Below, piece by piece: positions 49,437 through 58,110 of a stretch of 64,000 nucleotides of DNA. How positions within the stretch are numbered: position 1 is the first letter of the stretch; the number at the start of each line of letters is the position of its first letter. Origin of the DNA: an uncultured Bacteroidota bacterium (GTDB lineage Bacteria > Bacteroidota > Bacteroidia > JABEUT01); the NCBI GenBank assembly GCA_903916255.1, contig CAIWVW010000143.1, forward strand, positions 12,589 to 76,588. The letters run 5' to 3'. A program made the position numbers and the translations under genes. Below the pieces are notes generated by a model. It saw only the letters and a list, made by a program, of their open reading frames with translations, was not told the origin of the DNA and ran no database searches.

Positions 49437-50129
49437 ATGATAGTTCGCAAATACGGAATTACGCTCCGGAGGCTAAAAGAAGAAGATATTGAACTATTGC
49501 GTGAAAAACGTAATTCGACAGCCATACAAAACACCATGTTTTACCGCGAGCATATCACTCCCGAAATGCAAAAAAAATGGTTTGATTCCATCAACAATAA
49601 GAATAACGGCTATTTTATTATTGAGTTTGAAGGCAAAAAAATAGGGCTTATTCACGGAAAAGATATAGACTTTGAAAAACGAACATGCGAGGGCGGAATT
49701 TTCATCTGGGATGAAAGCTACATTGGCGGATTTATCCCTTCACTGGCTTCGGTAATGATGAATGACTGGACCTTTTACATGATTAATTTCAAAGCAATTT
49801 ATGCCAAAATAATGCTGGATAATACTATTGCTATCAACTACAATAAATTGATGGGCTATCAGCTTTGCGAGCCACAAAATGAGGACAAAGGAGTGCAATG
49901 GATGATACTTACAAAAGAACGCTACGAAAAACACATGAAACTCTTACGCAAAGCTATAAAGGAGATTACCGGCGACGGTGAAATTCTGAAGTTGGAAGAT
50001 GGCGATGCATCAGACGATTTGGGCAAAGAAATAGACCTTTTTTATAAAGGGCTACCGCCCGATATACAGGAAAGGGGGGATACTTTGTTGCGCTGGGCTT
50101 ATGAAAAGAAGCTAAGAGGTAAGAACTAA
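49437..50129 (+). CDS. GNAT N-acyltransferase (RimL/PseH-like)
   Basis: LRRLKEEDIELLREKRN...ITPEMQKKWF, EGGIFI, NTIAINYNKLMGY. Confidence 0.75.
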   Translation: MIVRKYGITLRRLKEEDIELLREKRNSTAIQNTMFYREHITPEMQKKWFDSINNKNNGYFIIEFEGKKIGLIHGKDIDFEKRTCEGGIFIWDESYIGGFIPSLASVMMNDWTFYMINFKAIYAKIMLDNTIAINYNKLMGYQLCEPQNEDKGVQWMILTKERYEKHMKLLRKAIKEITGDGEILKLEDGDASDDLGKEIDLFYKGLPPDIQERGDTLLRWAYEKKLRGKN

Positions 50130-50176
50130 GAGCTCTTATTTCTTAGCTAATTACTACATTTGCAGTTTAACGACAA

Positions 50177-52264
50177 GTGGATATGCCGACAACCCTCGCT
50201 GCGAAAAATGAATCTGTAGGCTCTGTACCGGTAAATACGGTTTTACGGGCTTTTGAATTGATGTGCACCGCCAAAGCGATGTCAGAACTTTTTGAAAAAA
50301 ATGCAGCTGTAACAAGTAAATATGTTCATGCCACCTCGCGCGGGCATGAAGCCGTGCAAATAGCACTGGGCCTTCAACTGAAACCTCAGGATTATTTGAG
50401 CGCCTATTACCGCGATGATAGTATTCTTCTCTCTATAGGCATGACACCTTATGAGCTTATGCTGCAGCTGATGGCAAAAGCTGATGACCCATTCTCCGGC
50501 GGAAGAACCTATTATTCGCACCCAAGTTTGAAGCGGGATAATATGCCTAAAATACCGCACCAAAGTTCGGCTACGGGTATGCAGGCAATTCCAACTACAG
50601 GCATTGCAATGGGTATTCAGTATAAAGAAAAAAGAGGATTATTGCCGGTATATGAAGATGGAAAACCGATTGTGGTTTGTTCTCTTGGAGATGGTTCGGT
50701 TACGGAAGGGGAAGTGGCAGAAGCCTTTCAGATGGCGGTTTTGAAAAAACTTCCGATACTATATTTAGTGCAGGATAACGATTGGGATATTTCCGCGACC
50801 GGAAAAGAAACCCGTGCCATGGATGCCGTAGAATATGCCAAAGGATTTAAAGGATTGGAAACACGCAGCATTGACGGCACCGACTTTATGCGTAGCTTTC
50901 AAACATTGCGCGATGTTATTCATACTATCCGCACTGAACGCAGGCCATTTTTGGTTCATGCAAAAGTGCCGCTGTTGAATCACCATACTTCGGGTGTGCG
51001 CAAAGAATGGTACCGTGCCGATTTGGAAGAGGCTGCCAAACGAGACCCATATCCAAGATTGAAAAGCCAATTGATTATTGCAGGTTTCAATAAGGACAAG
51101 ATAAAACAGATTGAAGAAAAAGAAACCAAAGCAGTAAGCGAAGCGTATGAAAAAGCATTAAAAGCTGCCGACCCGCTGCCTGAAGATTTATTTAAACATG
51201 ACTTTGCACCTACTCCCATTACCGAAGAAAAAGGTGTGCGCGAGCCCACAGGAGGAGAAAAAAAGGTAATGGTAGATTGCGCTCTTTTTGCTATAAGGGA
51301 GTTGATGGAGAAACATACCGAATGTTTGTTCTATGGGCAGGATGTAGGCGGACGCTTAGGCGGGGTATTCCGCGAAGCGGCAACACTGGCGCAGCAATTT
51401 GGCGATGACCGGGTATTTAATACACCTATTCAGGAAGCATTTATTGTGGGAAGTACAGTCGGCATGTCAGCCACAGGTTGCAAACCTATAGTAGAAATTC
51501 AATTTGCCGATTATATATGGCCGGGGCTTAATCAATTGTTCACCGAGGTTAGCCGTTCTTGTTACCTGACAAACGGAAAATGGCCCGTAAGTTGTATTAT
51601 TCGCGTCCCTATTGGTGCGTATGGCAGTGGTGGGCCTTATCACTCATCCAGTGTTGAATCTGTATTAACAAATATCCGCGGCATAAAAATTGCATATCCT
51701 TCCACCGGTGCTGATTTAAAAGGCCTATTAAAATCTGCATATTACGACCCGAACCCTGTGGTTATGCTGGAACATAAAGGCCTCTACTGGTCAAAAATTA
51801 AAGGAACCGAAGATGCGAAAACAGTGGAACCGGATGCCGATTATATCATTCCGTTTGGAAAAGGAAGGGTGGTGCAAAGCGCAGACCCTGTTGGTACAAC
51901 ACTTGCAATTATCACTTACGGCATGGGTGTTTACTGGGCAAAAAATGCAGCTAAAAATTTCCCCGGGAAAGTAGAAATTATCGATTTGCGAACACTTTAT
52001 CCGTTGGATGAAGAATTGATTTTTGCTACTGTTAAGAAACACAGCCGTTGTTTGGTAGTTACGGAAGAACCTGTTAATAATGGATTTTCACAATCTATTG
52101 CAGCGCGGATTCAGCAACACTGTTTCGAATATTTAGATGCTCCGGTAACCGTTATCGGCTCTGAAAATATGCCCGCTGTTCCACTTAATACTATTTTAGA
52201 ACAAACTATGCTACCTAATGCCGACAAGGTATCGGCAGCTATCGAAAAACTTTTATCCTATTAA
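50177..52264 (+). CDS. Fused E1 alpha/beta 2-oxoacid dehydrogenase (branched-chain type likely)
   Basis: GHEA, YYRD, TPP motif GDGSVTEG...QDND, GGVFR, NTPIQE, EIQFADY, GGPYHS, IDLRTL. Confidence 0.9.
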   Translation: MDMPTTLAAKNESVGSVPVNTVLRAFELMCTAKAMSELFEKNAAVTSKYVHATSRGHEAVQIALGLQLKPQDYLSAYYRDDSILLSIGMTPYELMLQLMAKADDPFSGGRTYYSHPSLKRDNMPKIPHQSSATGMQAIPTTGIAMGIQYKEKRGLLPVYEDGKPIVVCSLGDGSVTEGEVAEAFQMAVLKKLPILYLVQDNDWDISATGKETRAMDAVEYAKGFKGLETRSIDGTDFMRSFQTLRDVIHTIRTERRPFLVHAKVPLLNHHTSGVRKEWYRADLEEAAKRDPYPRLKSQLIIAGFNKDKIKQIEEKETKAVSEAYEKALKAADPLPEDLFKHDFAPTPITEEKGVREPTGGEKKVMVDCALFAIRELMEKHTECLFYGQDVGGRLGGVFREAATLAQQFGDDRVFNTPIQEAFIVGSTVGMSATGCKPIVEIQFADYIWPGLNQLFTEVSRSCYLTNGKWPVSCIIRVPIGAYGSGGPYHSSSVESVLTNIRGIKIAYPSTGADLKGLLKSAYYDPNPVVMLEHKGLYWSKIKGTEDAKTVEPDADYIIPFGKGRVVQSADPVGTTLAIITYGMGVYWAKNAAKNFPGKVEIIDLRTLYPLDEELIFATVKKHSRCLVVTEEPVNNGFSQSIAARIQQHCFEYLDAPVTVIGSENMPAVPLNTILEQTMLPNADKVSAAIEKLLSY

Positions 52265-52270
52265 TTTTAT

Positions 52271-52834
52271 ATGAAATACACTTCAGTCGTTCTTTCTCTG
52301 GTTTCAATTTTTATTATTCTGCAAAATACATCCTGCATACGCGGAAATAAATACCCTAAGGAAACAAAAACGCTGGACAGCCTGCAAATACTCGTTGTTA
52401 AAGCAGATTCAGCAGTTAAAACAATCGACTCTGCAAAAATTGCAGGGTATGGAAATCATATTATGAATGATATGCAATTACTGCAAATGGCACATGTAGA
52501 TAGCATGAGCGGGGCCGCTGCGGATGTTTTCAGAAACTTCAATGAATTACGCTGGTCGCTCGCAACTATAGCCGGAAAAAGAGGTCCGTTATTAATCGAG
52601 TTAGGGAAATCGGAAAAACAATTAATTCACTTGAGCCATGACTTGCAACATAATCTGGTTCCTGCCGATAGTGCTCAATATTTCATTTCAAATGAAGCGA
52701 GAAAGGCGACCGAATTAGTGCAGGTATCAAACATGTCGATGCAGAGTATTGCCACGCAGGTTCCGCGCTACCAATACATTGCCCCGAAAGCTGATTCACT
52801 GATTTCACTGCTAAAGGACCATAAAAAGATTTAA
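52271..52834 (+). CDS. Hypothetical helical lipoprotein
   Basis: Hydrophobic leader ending QNTS-C (lipobox-like). Confidence 0.6.
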   Translation: MKYTSVVLSLVSIFIILQNTSCIRGNKYPKETKTLDSLQILVVKADSAVKTIDSAKIAGYGNHIMNDMQLLQMAHVDSMSGAAADVFRNFNELRWSLATIAGKRGPLLIELGKSEKQLIHLSHDLQHNLVPADSAQYFISNEARKATELVQVSNMSMQSIATQVPRYQYIAPKADSLISLLKDHKKI

Positions 52835-52851
52835 TTTTTCTTATCAATAAA

Positions 52852-54675
52852 ATGAAGAGGCTTTTTTTAATTTGTTTTCTGGCATGCTTCTTCCAGCAGG
52901 TTTATTCGCAGACTACGGACGAGCAACTTGCATACCAGTACTACCAGAATAAGCAATATGACAAGGCCATTGTTTATTACGAAAAAGTATTCCCCAAAAA
53001 ACCTTCACCCGATAATTACCATTATTATTTAGACTGCCTGCTGCATACCAAGGACTATAAAACAGCTGAAAAGATTATAAAAAAGGAGCTGAAACAGGAA
53101 CCCGAGAACTCCATTTTATTAGTAGACGAGGGGATGCTTTATAAATTAGAAGGTAACGATAAGCAAACTAAAGATGCATTCGCCAAAGCAATTCAAAAGT
53201 TGCCTGCTGACAGGGATAAAGTACTGGAGCTTGGCAAAGCTTTTATGGATGAGAAAGAATTCGACTATGCTTTGCAAACCTATAATCAGGGTAAAAAATT
53301 GTTAGGAGATTCTTACCCTTTTGTTTCGGAAATTGGCGCTGTGTATAAAGCTCAGGGTAATACTGCGGCCATGGTCGATTCTTATTTGGAAACACTGGCC
53401 TTGTCTCCTACTTTCATACAATATGTGCAGGATGCATTGCAGCTAAGTGTTGGAAATTATGCCGATGAAACCCAGAATACTATTGTTAAAACAGAGTTAT
53501 TGAAATATATTCAGCGCTACCCTGATAAGGATGTGTATTCCGAATTATTAATCTGGATGCTGCTTCAGTTAAAAGATTATCCGAACGCATTAGTGCAAGT
53601 AAAAGCCCTTGACCGCAGGAAAAATGAAGGCGGTTACAGATTGATGACTTTTGCATCCACATGCGTTACCGCCGGAGCTTACGACCCTGCCATACAAGCA
53701 TACCAGTATGTGATTGCCAGAGGACCCAAAGGAGATAATTATGCCCAAGCAAAAATTGCCCAATTAAATGTGATGTACCTCAAATTAACCAATGGCGGCA
53801 CATACACCCAGGATGAATTGGCAGGCCTTGAAACCAAATATAACCAAGCCTTATCTGAGTTAAGCAAAACAGATGCCAGTATTTCACTGATGCAACAATT
53901 AGCTAAGTTAGAAGGTTTTTATCTGCATCATGATTCCATCGCTATTGCATTAATGCAGGAGGCGGTTAACATGCCCGGAACTTCTCCGCAAACACAGGCG
54001 CGTTGCCGCATGGAGCTGGCTGACCTCATGTTGTTAGATGGTCAAACATGGGAAGCGTCTTTGCTTTACAGCAAGGTTGAACAAGGCTTCAAAGAAGAGC
54101 CTATCGGGGATGAAGCCAAATTTAAAAATGCGACTATTTACTATTATACCGGTAATTTTAAATGGGCGCAGGCCGAACTGAATATTCTTCGCTCGGCTAC
54201 AACAAAATTAATTGCGAATGATGCTATGGCATTATCGCTGGTAGTGTCAGACAATACCCAGGATTCAGCTATGGAACCGGCTTTGCTGCTTTTTGCCCAT
54301 GTCCAGTTGCTCGATTTTGAAAACTATGAAGACAGCGTTTCCATATTGCTCGATTCTGTTTACAACATCAGCGGCACCACTACCCTAAAAGAAGAAGTGC
54401 TTATGCAACGGGCTTCAGTGGCTGAAAAGAAAGGCGATTATCAAAAAGCATTGGGTTATTATTCCGATGAACAAACCGTTTATCCCGACGGAATGCTTCC
54501 CGATAAAGCACTTTATCTTTCTGCAAAATTGGAAGATACCAAACTGCATGATGAAAAAAAAGCGGCTGAACTTTACAAACAGTTAATCCTAAAATATCCC
54601 GGAAGTTTTTACATAGAAGAAACCCGCGACCGCTATCGTCAATTGGTGAAGGACGATGCCCCTCCGGTGAATTAA
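52852..54675 (+). CDS. Periplasmic tetratricopeptide-repeat protein
   Basis: Signal peptide; multiple TPR-like helices (LAYQYYQNKQYDKAIVYYEK...KYPGSFY). Confidence 0.85.
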   Translation: MKRLFLICFLACFFQQVYSQTTDEQLAYQYYQNKQYDKAIVYYEKVFPKKPSPDNYHYYLDCLLHTKDYKTAEKIIKKELKQEPENSILLVDEGMLYKLEGNDKQTKDAFAKAIQKLPADRDKVLELGKAFMDEKEFDYALQTYNQGKKLLGDSYPFVSEIGAVYKAQGNTAAMVDSYLETLALSPTFIQYVQDALQLSVGNYADETQNTIVKTELLKYIQRYPDKDVYSELLIWMLLQLKDYPNALVQVKALDRRKNEGGYRLMTFASTCVTAGAYDPAIQAYQYVIARGPKGDNYAQAKIAQLNVMYLKLTNGGTYTQDELAGLETKYNQALSELSKTDASISLMQQLAKLEGFYLHHDSIAIALMQEAVNMPGTSPQTQARCRMELADLMLLDGQTWEASLLYSKVEQGFKEEPIGDEAKFKNATIYYYTGNFKWAQAELNILRSATTKLIANDAMALSLVVSDNTQDSAMEPALLLFAHVQLLDFENYEDSVSILLDSVYNISGTTTLKEEVLMQRASVAEKKGDYQKALGYYSDEQTVYPDGMLPDKALYLSAKLEDTKLHDEKKAAELYKQLILKYPGSFYIEETRDRYRQLVKDDAPPVN

Positions 54676-54694
54676 TATTTCGCTTTTAATCGCC

Positions 54695-55168
54695 ATGACA
54701 ATCCGCAATTATTTACCAAATGATGAACAAGGAGTAAGACAATTATTGCTTAGCAATATACCCAACGGTTACTTTGTATTGGATGATATGCAAATGCTTG
54801 ATGACTGGATTACTGCGCAAAACAAGGGCATTCCTGCGTATCCTCCATCAATGGCCGATTATTTTTTTGTTTTGGAAACTGATAAAATAATTGGTTGTGC
54901 AGGGTTTTATGTATTGGAAACTGAAAACCGCGCCCATCTTACCTGGGGGATGGTTGACGCGGATTATCACAAAAAAGGATTAGGAAAATTACTCTTCGAT
55001 TACCGCGTTAATAAAGTAAAAGAATTATATCCCGGTTTTATAATTACACTGGGTACAAGCCAATATACTTTCAAGTTTTTTGAAAAATTGGGAATGAAAG
55101 TTGAGTCTATTACTCCCAATGGATTTGGAAATAATTATGACAGGTATTTCATGCGCATGACTATTTAA
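54695..55168 (+). CDS. GNAT family N-acetyltransferase
   Basis: WGMVDADYHKKGLGKLL, TSQYTFKFFEKLG. Confidence 0.88.
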   Translation: MTIRNYLPNDEQGVRQLLLSNIPNGYFVLDDMQMLDDWITAQNKGIPAYPPSMADYFFVLETDKIIGCAGFYVLETENRAHLTWGMVDADYHKKGLGKLLFDYRVNKVKELYPGFIITLGTSQYTFKFFEKLGMKVESITPNGFGNNYDRYFMRMTI

Positions 55169-55172
55169 ACTT

Positions 55173-56774
55173 TTACTGTATTACCCATTTGCCGTGCGCA
55201 ACGGCGGCATTTTTTTCTTCCAAAGACCAGATGTAGGTTCCTGCAGAAAGATAATTCAAGTTTAACTTATAGGTTCCGTTTCCGGGAATCTGCACCTCAT
55301 CTACCTTCCTGCCTTCAATACTGAAAACTTCCAATTTACATTGCTGCAGCGGAACTGAAGCGTTCACAACGATATTAGTTTCATCATGGAAAGGATTTGG
55401 ATAGGCTTCCACTTTCACGTTGGAATTATCGGAAACAGAAAATATAGCATTCGGAATTTTTGCCGTTGGTGTTGCGTTAAAGAATGTATTTTCTTTTCCG
55501 GTGCGCAAATCGCTCCAGCTTACAAACAAGCCCGAATCGGACACTGCACAACCAAGAAAATCGTCCCCCCGTTCAATCAATACACCCGGTGAAATGGTAT
55601 CACTGATTAAGAAATTAGGGCCGTAACTATCCCCTCCGTTCTTAGATTCGGCAGCATAAATCTGGAATGATGCACTATCGCCTCTGCCGGTGTTCCGCCT
55701 GTCGCGCCATGCAAGGCCAAAGGTTCCGTCTTGAGCAAAACTTCCGCAGCTTAAATCGTGGCACGTATCATAGGCTCCCATTTGGTCATCGTTTACCCGC
55801 ACAGGGCCGTTCCATGTTAATCCCGCATCGTGCGTATTATAGGTAACAACATCCGGTTCACCATATCTATTTGTAGCGCCTGTAATAACTAAGTTAGATG
55901 TATCCGCCGGATTAGCCGAAATAGAGACACCTGATTTAAGAAGCGAATCTGCGGCAGGAATAACATCGGCCGATGTTATGTTTATTGCAGCATGGGTGAT
56001 AAAGGTATTTCCTCCGTCATACGATTTAACCAATATCAATCGGGCATAAGGACTGTATGCGGTATAATATGAAAAATAGACTGCATATAAAGTTCCATTG
56101 GCAGCTACGGTCATAAATGCGGTGGCATCTGTCATTACACCTGCTGGAATACTGTCATCTAATCGTTTTATGGGCGTCCACGTAGCACCGCTGTCAGTGG
56201 AATAAGTAAACCATGGGTGGTGAGGTTGAGGTGTGAAATAGGCATTCTGGCTGGTTACATAAACCCTTCCCGAATAGGGGCCGTTGCTGCCATCGGCAGC
56301 TATCCATGGCCTGTCGATAGGCAAATTAGGCTGTGCTGAATAGGAAATTGCTTTTACAGGGGTGCTCCAATTTATGCCACCATTGACGGAACGAGCAACC
56401 ATAATATAACCGGAATCGCTGGCATGTAAACCTGAAATATCAATGTAAGCAAGATATACGCAACTGTCTTTGCCAAAATAAATAGTAGGGTCGGGAGAAT
56501 TAAAACTGGAATATAAATGCGGTAATATTTGCAAGGGAGTCCATGTTTTTCCACCATCGAATGAGGAGCGCGTGGCAATTGCATCCTTCAGATTGGAAAG
56601 AGAAAAATAAATCCAGGCTGTTACCAAATGTTTGGGGTTTTTAGGATTCACTGCAAGGTTGCACTCTCCATCAAAATAAGGAGAGTTGGAAAGATTAATG
56701 TTTTGCGCATTCGAAAACAGGGAGGTAAAACAAAAAAGAATTGCAAAACTCCAAAAGGTAGTTTTCTTTTTCAT
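55173..56774 (-). CDS. T9SS-secreted Asp-box (BNR/sialidase-like) beta-propeller protein
   Basis: Six Asp boxes (SFDGGKTW, SVNGGINW, STDSGATW, SYDGGNTF, THDAGLTW, SKNGGDSY); CTD AYPNP...LSAGTYIW. ATG at 56774 preferred because it starts a signal peptide. Confidence 0.85.
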   Translation of the reverse strand: MKKKTTFWSFAILFCFTSLFSNAQNINLSNSPYFDGECNLAVNPKNPKHLVTAWIYFSLSNLKDAIATRSSFDGGKTWTPLQILPHLYSSFNSPDPTIYFGKDSCVYLAYIDISGLHASDSGYIMVARSVNGGINWSTPVKAISYSAQPNLPIDRPWIAADGSNGPYSGRVYVTSQNAYFTPQPHHPWFTYSTDSGATWTPIKRLDDSIPAGVMTDATAFMTVAANGTLYAVYFSYYTAYSPYARLILVKSYDGGNTFITHAAINITSADVIPAADSLLKSGVSISANPADTSNLVITGATNRYGEPDVVTYNTHDAGLTWNGPVRVNDDQMGAYDTCHDLSCGSFAQDGTFGLAWRDRRNTGRGDSASFQIYAAESKNGGDSYGPNFLISDTISPGVLIERGDDFLGCAVSDSGLFVSWSDLRTGKENTFFNATPTAKIPNAIFSVSDNSNVKVEAYPNPFHDETNIVVNASVPLQQCKLEVFSIEGRKVDEVQIPGNGTYKLNLNYLSAGTYIWSLEEKNAAVAHGKWVIQ

Positions 56775-56848
56775 GGGTGATATTTTTGGGTTGGACATTT
56801 GGGAATACCTAAAGTTTAAAGGATATAACTGCGTAAAGTTATAAAACA

Positions 56849-56881
56849 AAAAGGTTCTGATATTTTTAAGCAGAACCTTTT
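56849..56881 (-). terminator. Intrinsic terminator of the ECF sigma operon
   Basis: AAAAGGTTCTG-11 nt-CAGAACCTTTT inverted repeat, 36 nt past the lipoprotein stop, with a T-rich tail. Confidence 0.7.
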
Positions 56882-56916
56882 ATTAACCTACAAACTTAAA
56901 ACCGAAACTATTTTAA

Positions 56917-58104
56917 CTAAGGATATGCAACAGCAATGGTTGCTGTGCAATTGTTTGCAATAACTACCGATGGAGTTGCAGCGCTATTATATAATGAACA
57001 GCTAAAGTTCACCTTCAGCATTTTGGTTGGATACCCGCTGGTGTTTGTTTGATAATCGGAAACAGAATTAATCTGGAATGAGCCTGCCTGAGAATTACTT
57101 TTAGACGTATAAACAACTCCCGCGCTGTTTGTATAAATAATGGTTATCTGCGACAGGAACTTGGAGTTTGTCATTATATTCTGAACAGGTGATGACATAG
57201 TATAATCAAAGCGGCAAGGAGGTGTGGTATCAGTCGAAACCGTATAATTATAACTGGCAGTATCGTTATTGGCATCTTTCACCTGCAACTTAACAGGAAA
57301 TGTAGCTGTAGTTGTATAAGTATGGATAGTGGATAAGGTTGTAGTAACTGAATTTACTATAGTCGAATCGCCATCTCCAAAATAAAACTTATAACTGTAT
57401 GGGCTGGTTCCGTGTGATACAGCAGTTGTAAAAGCAATAGAATCATGTGCACCAACATATAATACAGAAGATATTGAATCAATCATAAATGAAGGAGTAG
57501 TTTTCAAAATATTAAGTGGGTTTGACATGTATATATTACCACATGCACTGGAAAAATCCACATTAAGGGAAGTGTTGTAATACTTTCGCGCCGAATACCT
57601 ATGGGTAAGGGCAGTATCCAATGTTGTCGTTACATTAGGAGACAAGTCTCCGAAAGAATAGGTGAGTGAAGTTGGAGTTCCGTAGTATATTTTAGGAGTA
57701 AAAGTTACCAGATAAGAAGTATCGGAAATAGGAAGACCTGTAAAATAACCATAGGTTTTGGCCGGGGAAAGTGCGGAATCTATATGGGCGGATGTTACAG
57801 CAGCGTTTAGTTGTGAAGCCCTATAATCATTAATAATTATTTGGATACTGTTATTGCCGGTAGCCGTGTTTTGCAACGTGCCATTAAAACTGTAAACTCC
57901 TGTGCTGTCATTTTGCGAGTACGTAGAATACATGTAATAATTATTCACACCAGCCTGCCAGCTCAAAGTGTTGCTGTTTATAGTTCCTGTGAAATAAAAC
58001 ACAGGTTGGTTTTCTATTGTTGTGGGAGGCAGTTGTTCTTTTTTACAGGCAGTAAAAACTGCACCTATAAAAATAAAAAGAAAGATTCGTTTTACCGTTT
58101 TCAT
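56917..58104 (-). CDS. PKD-domain lipoprotein
   Basis: Lipobox FTA-C; two PKD-like motifs (YSFGD...THRY, FYFGDG...IHTY). Confidence 0.8.
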   Translation of the reverse strand: MKTVKRIFLFIFIGAVFTACKKEQLPPTTIENQPVFYFTGTINSNTLSWQAGVNNYYMYSTYSQNDSTGVYSFNGTLQNTATGNNSIQIIINDYRASQLNAAVTSAHIDSALSPAKTYGYFTGLPISDTSYLVTFTPKIYYGTPTSLTYSFGDLSPNVTTTLDTALTHRYSARKYYNTSLNVDFSSACGNIYMSNPLNILKTTPSFMIDSISSVLYVGAHDSIAFTTAVSHGTSPYSYKFYFGDGDSTIVNSVTTTLSTIHTYTTTATFPVKLQVKDANNDTASYNYTVSTDTTPPCRFDYTMSSPVQNIMTNSKFLSQITIIYTNSAGVVYTSKSNSQAGSFQINSVSDYQTNTSGYPTKMLKVNFSCSLYNSAATPSVVIANNCTATIAVAYP

Positions 58105-58110
58105 ATATTT

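Noticed and set aside
32675-50129. Ordinary O-antigen or capsule locus
   Set aside because: Only one glycosyltransferase, no Wzy/Wzz and no nucleotide-sugar enzymes; the block is dominated by oxygenases and acyl/sulfo tailoring enzymes.
55173-56774. True sialidase
   Set aside because: Asp boxes are present but I see no FRIP-type catalytic Arg motif, so only the propeller fold is supported.
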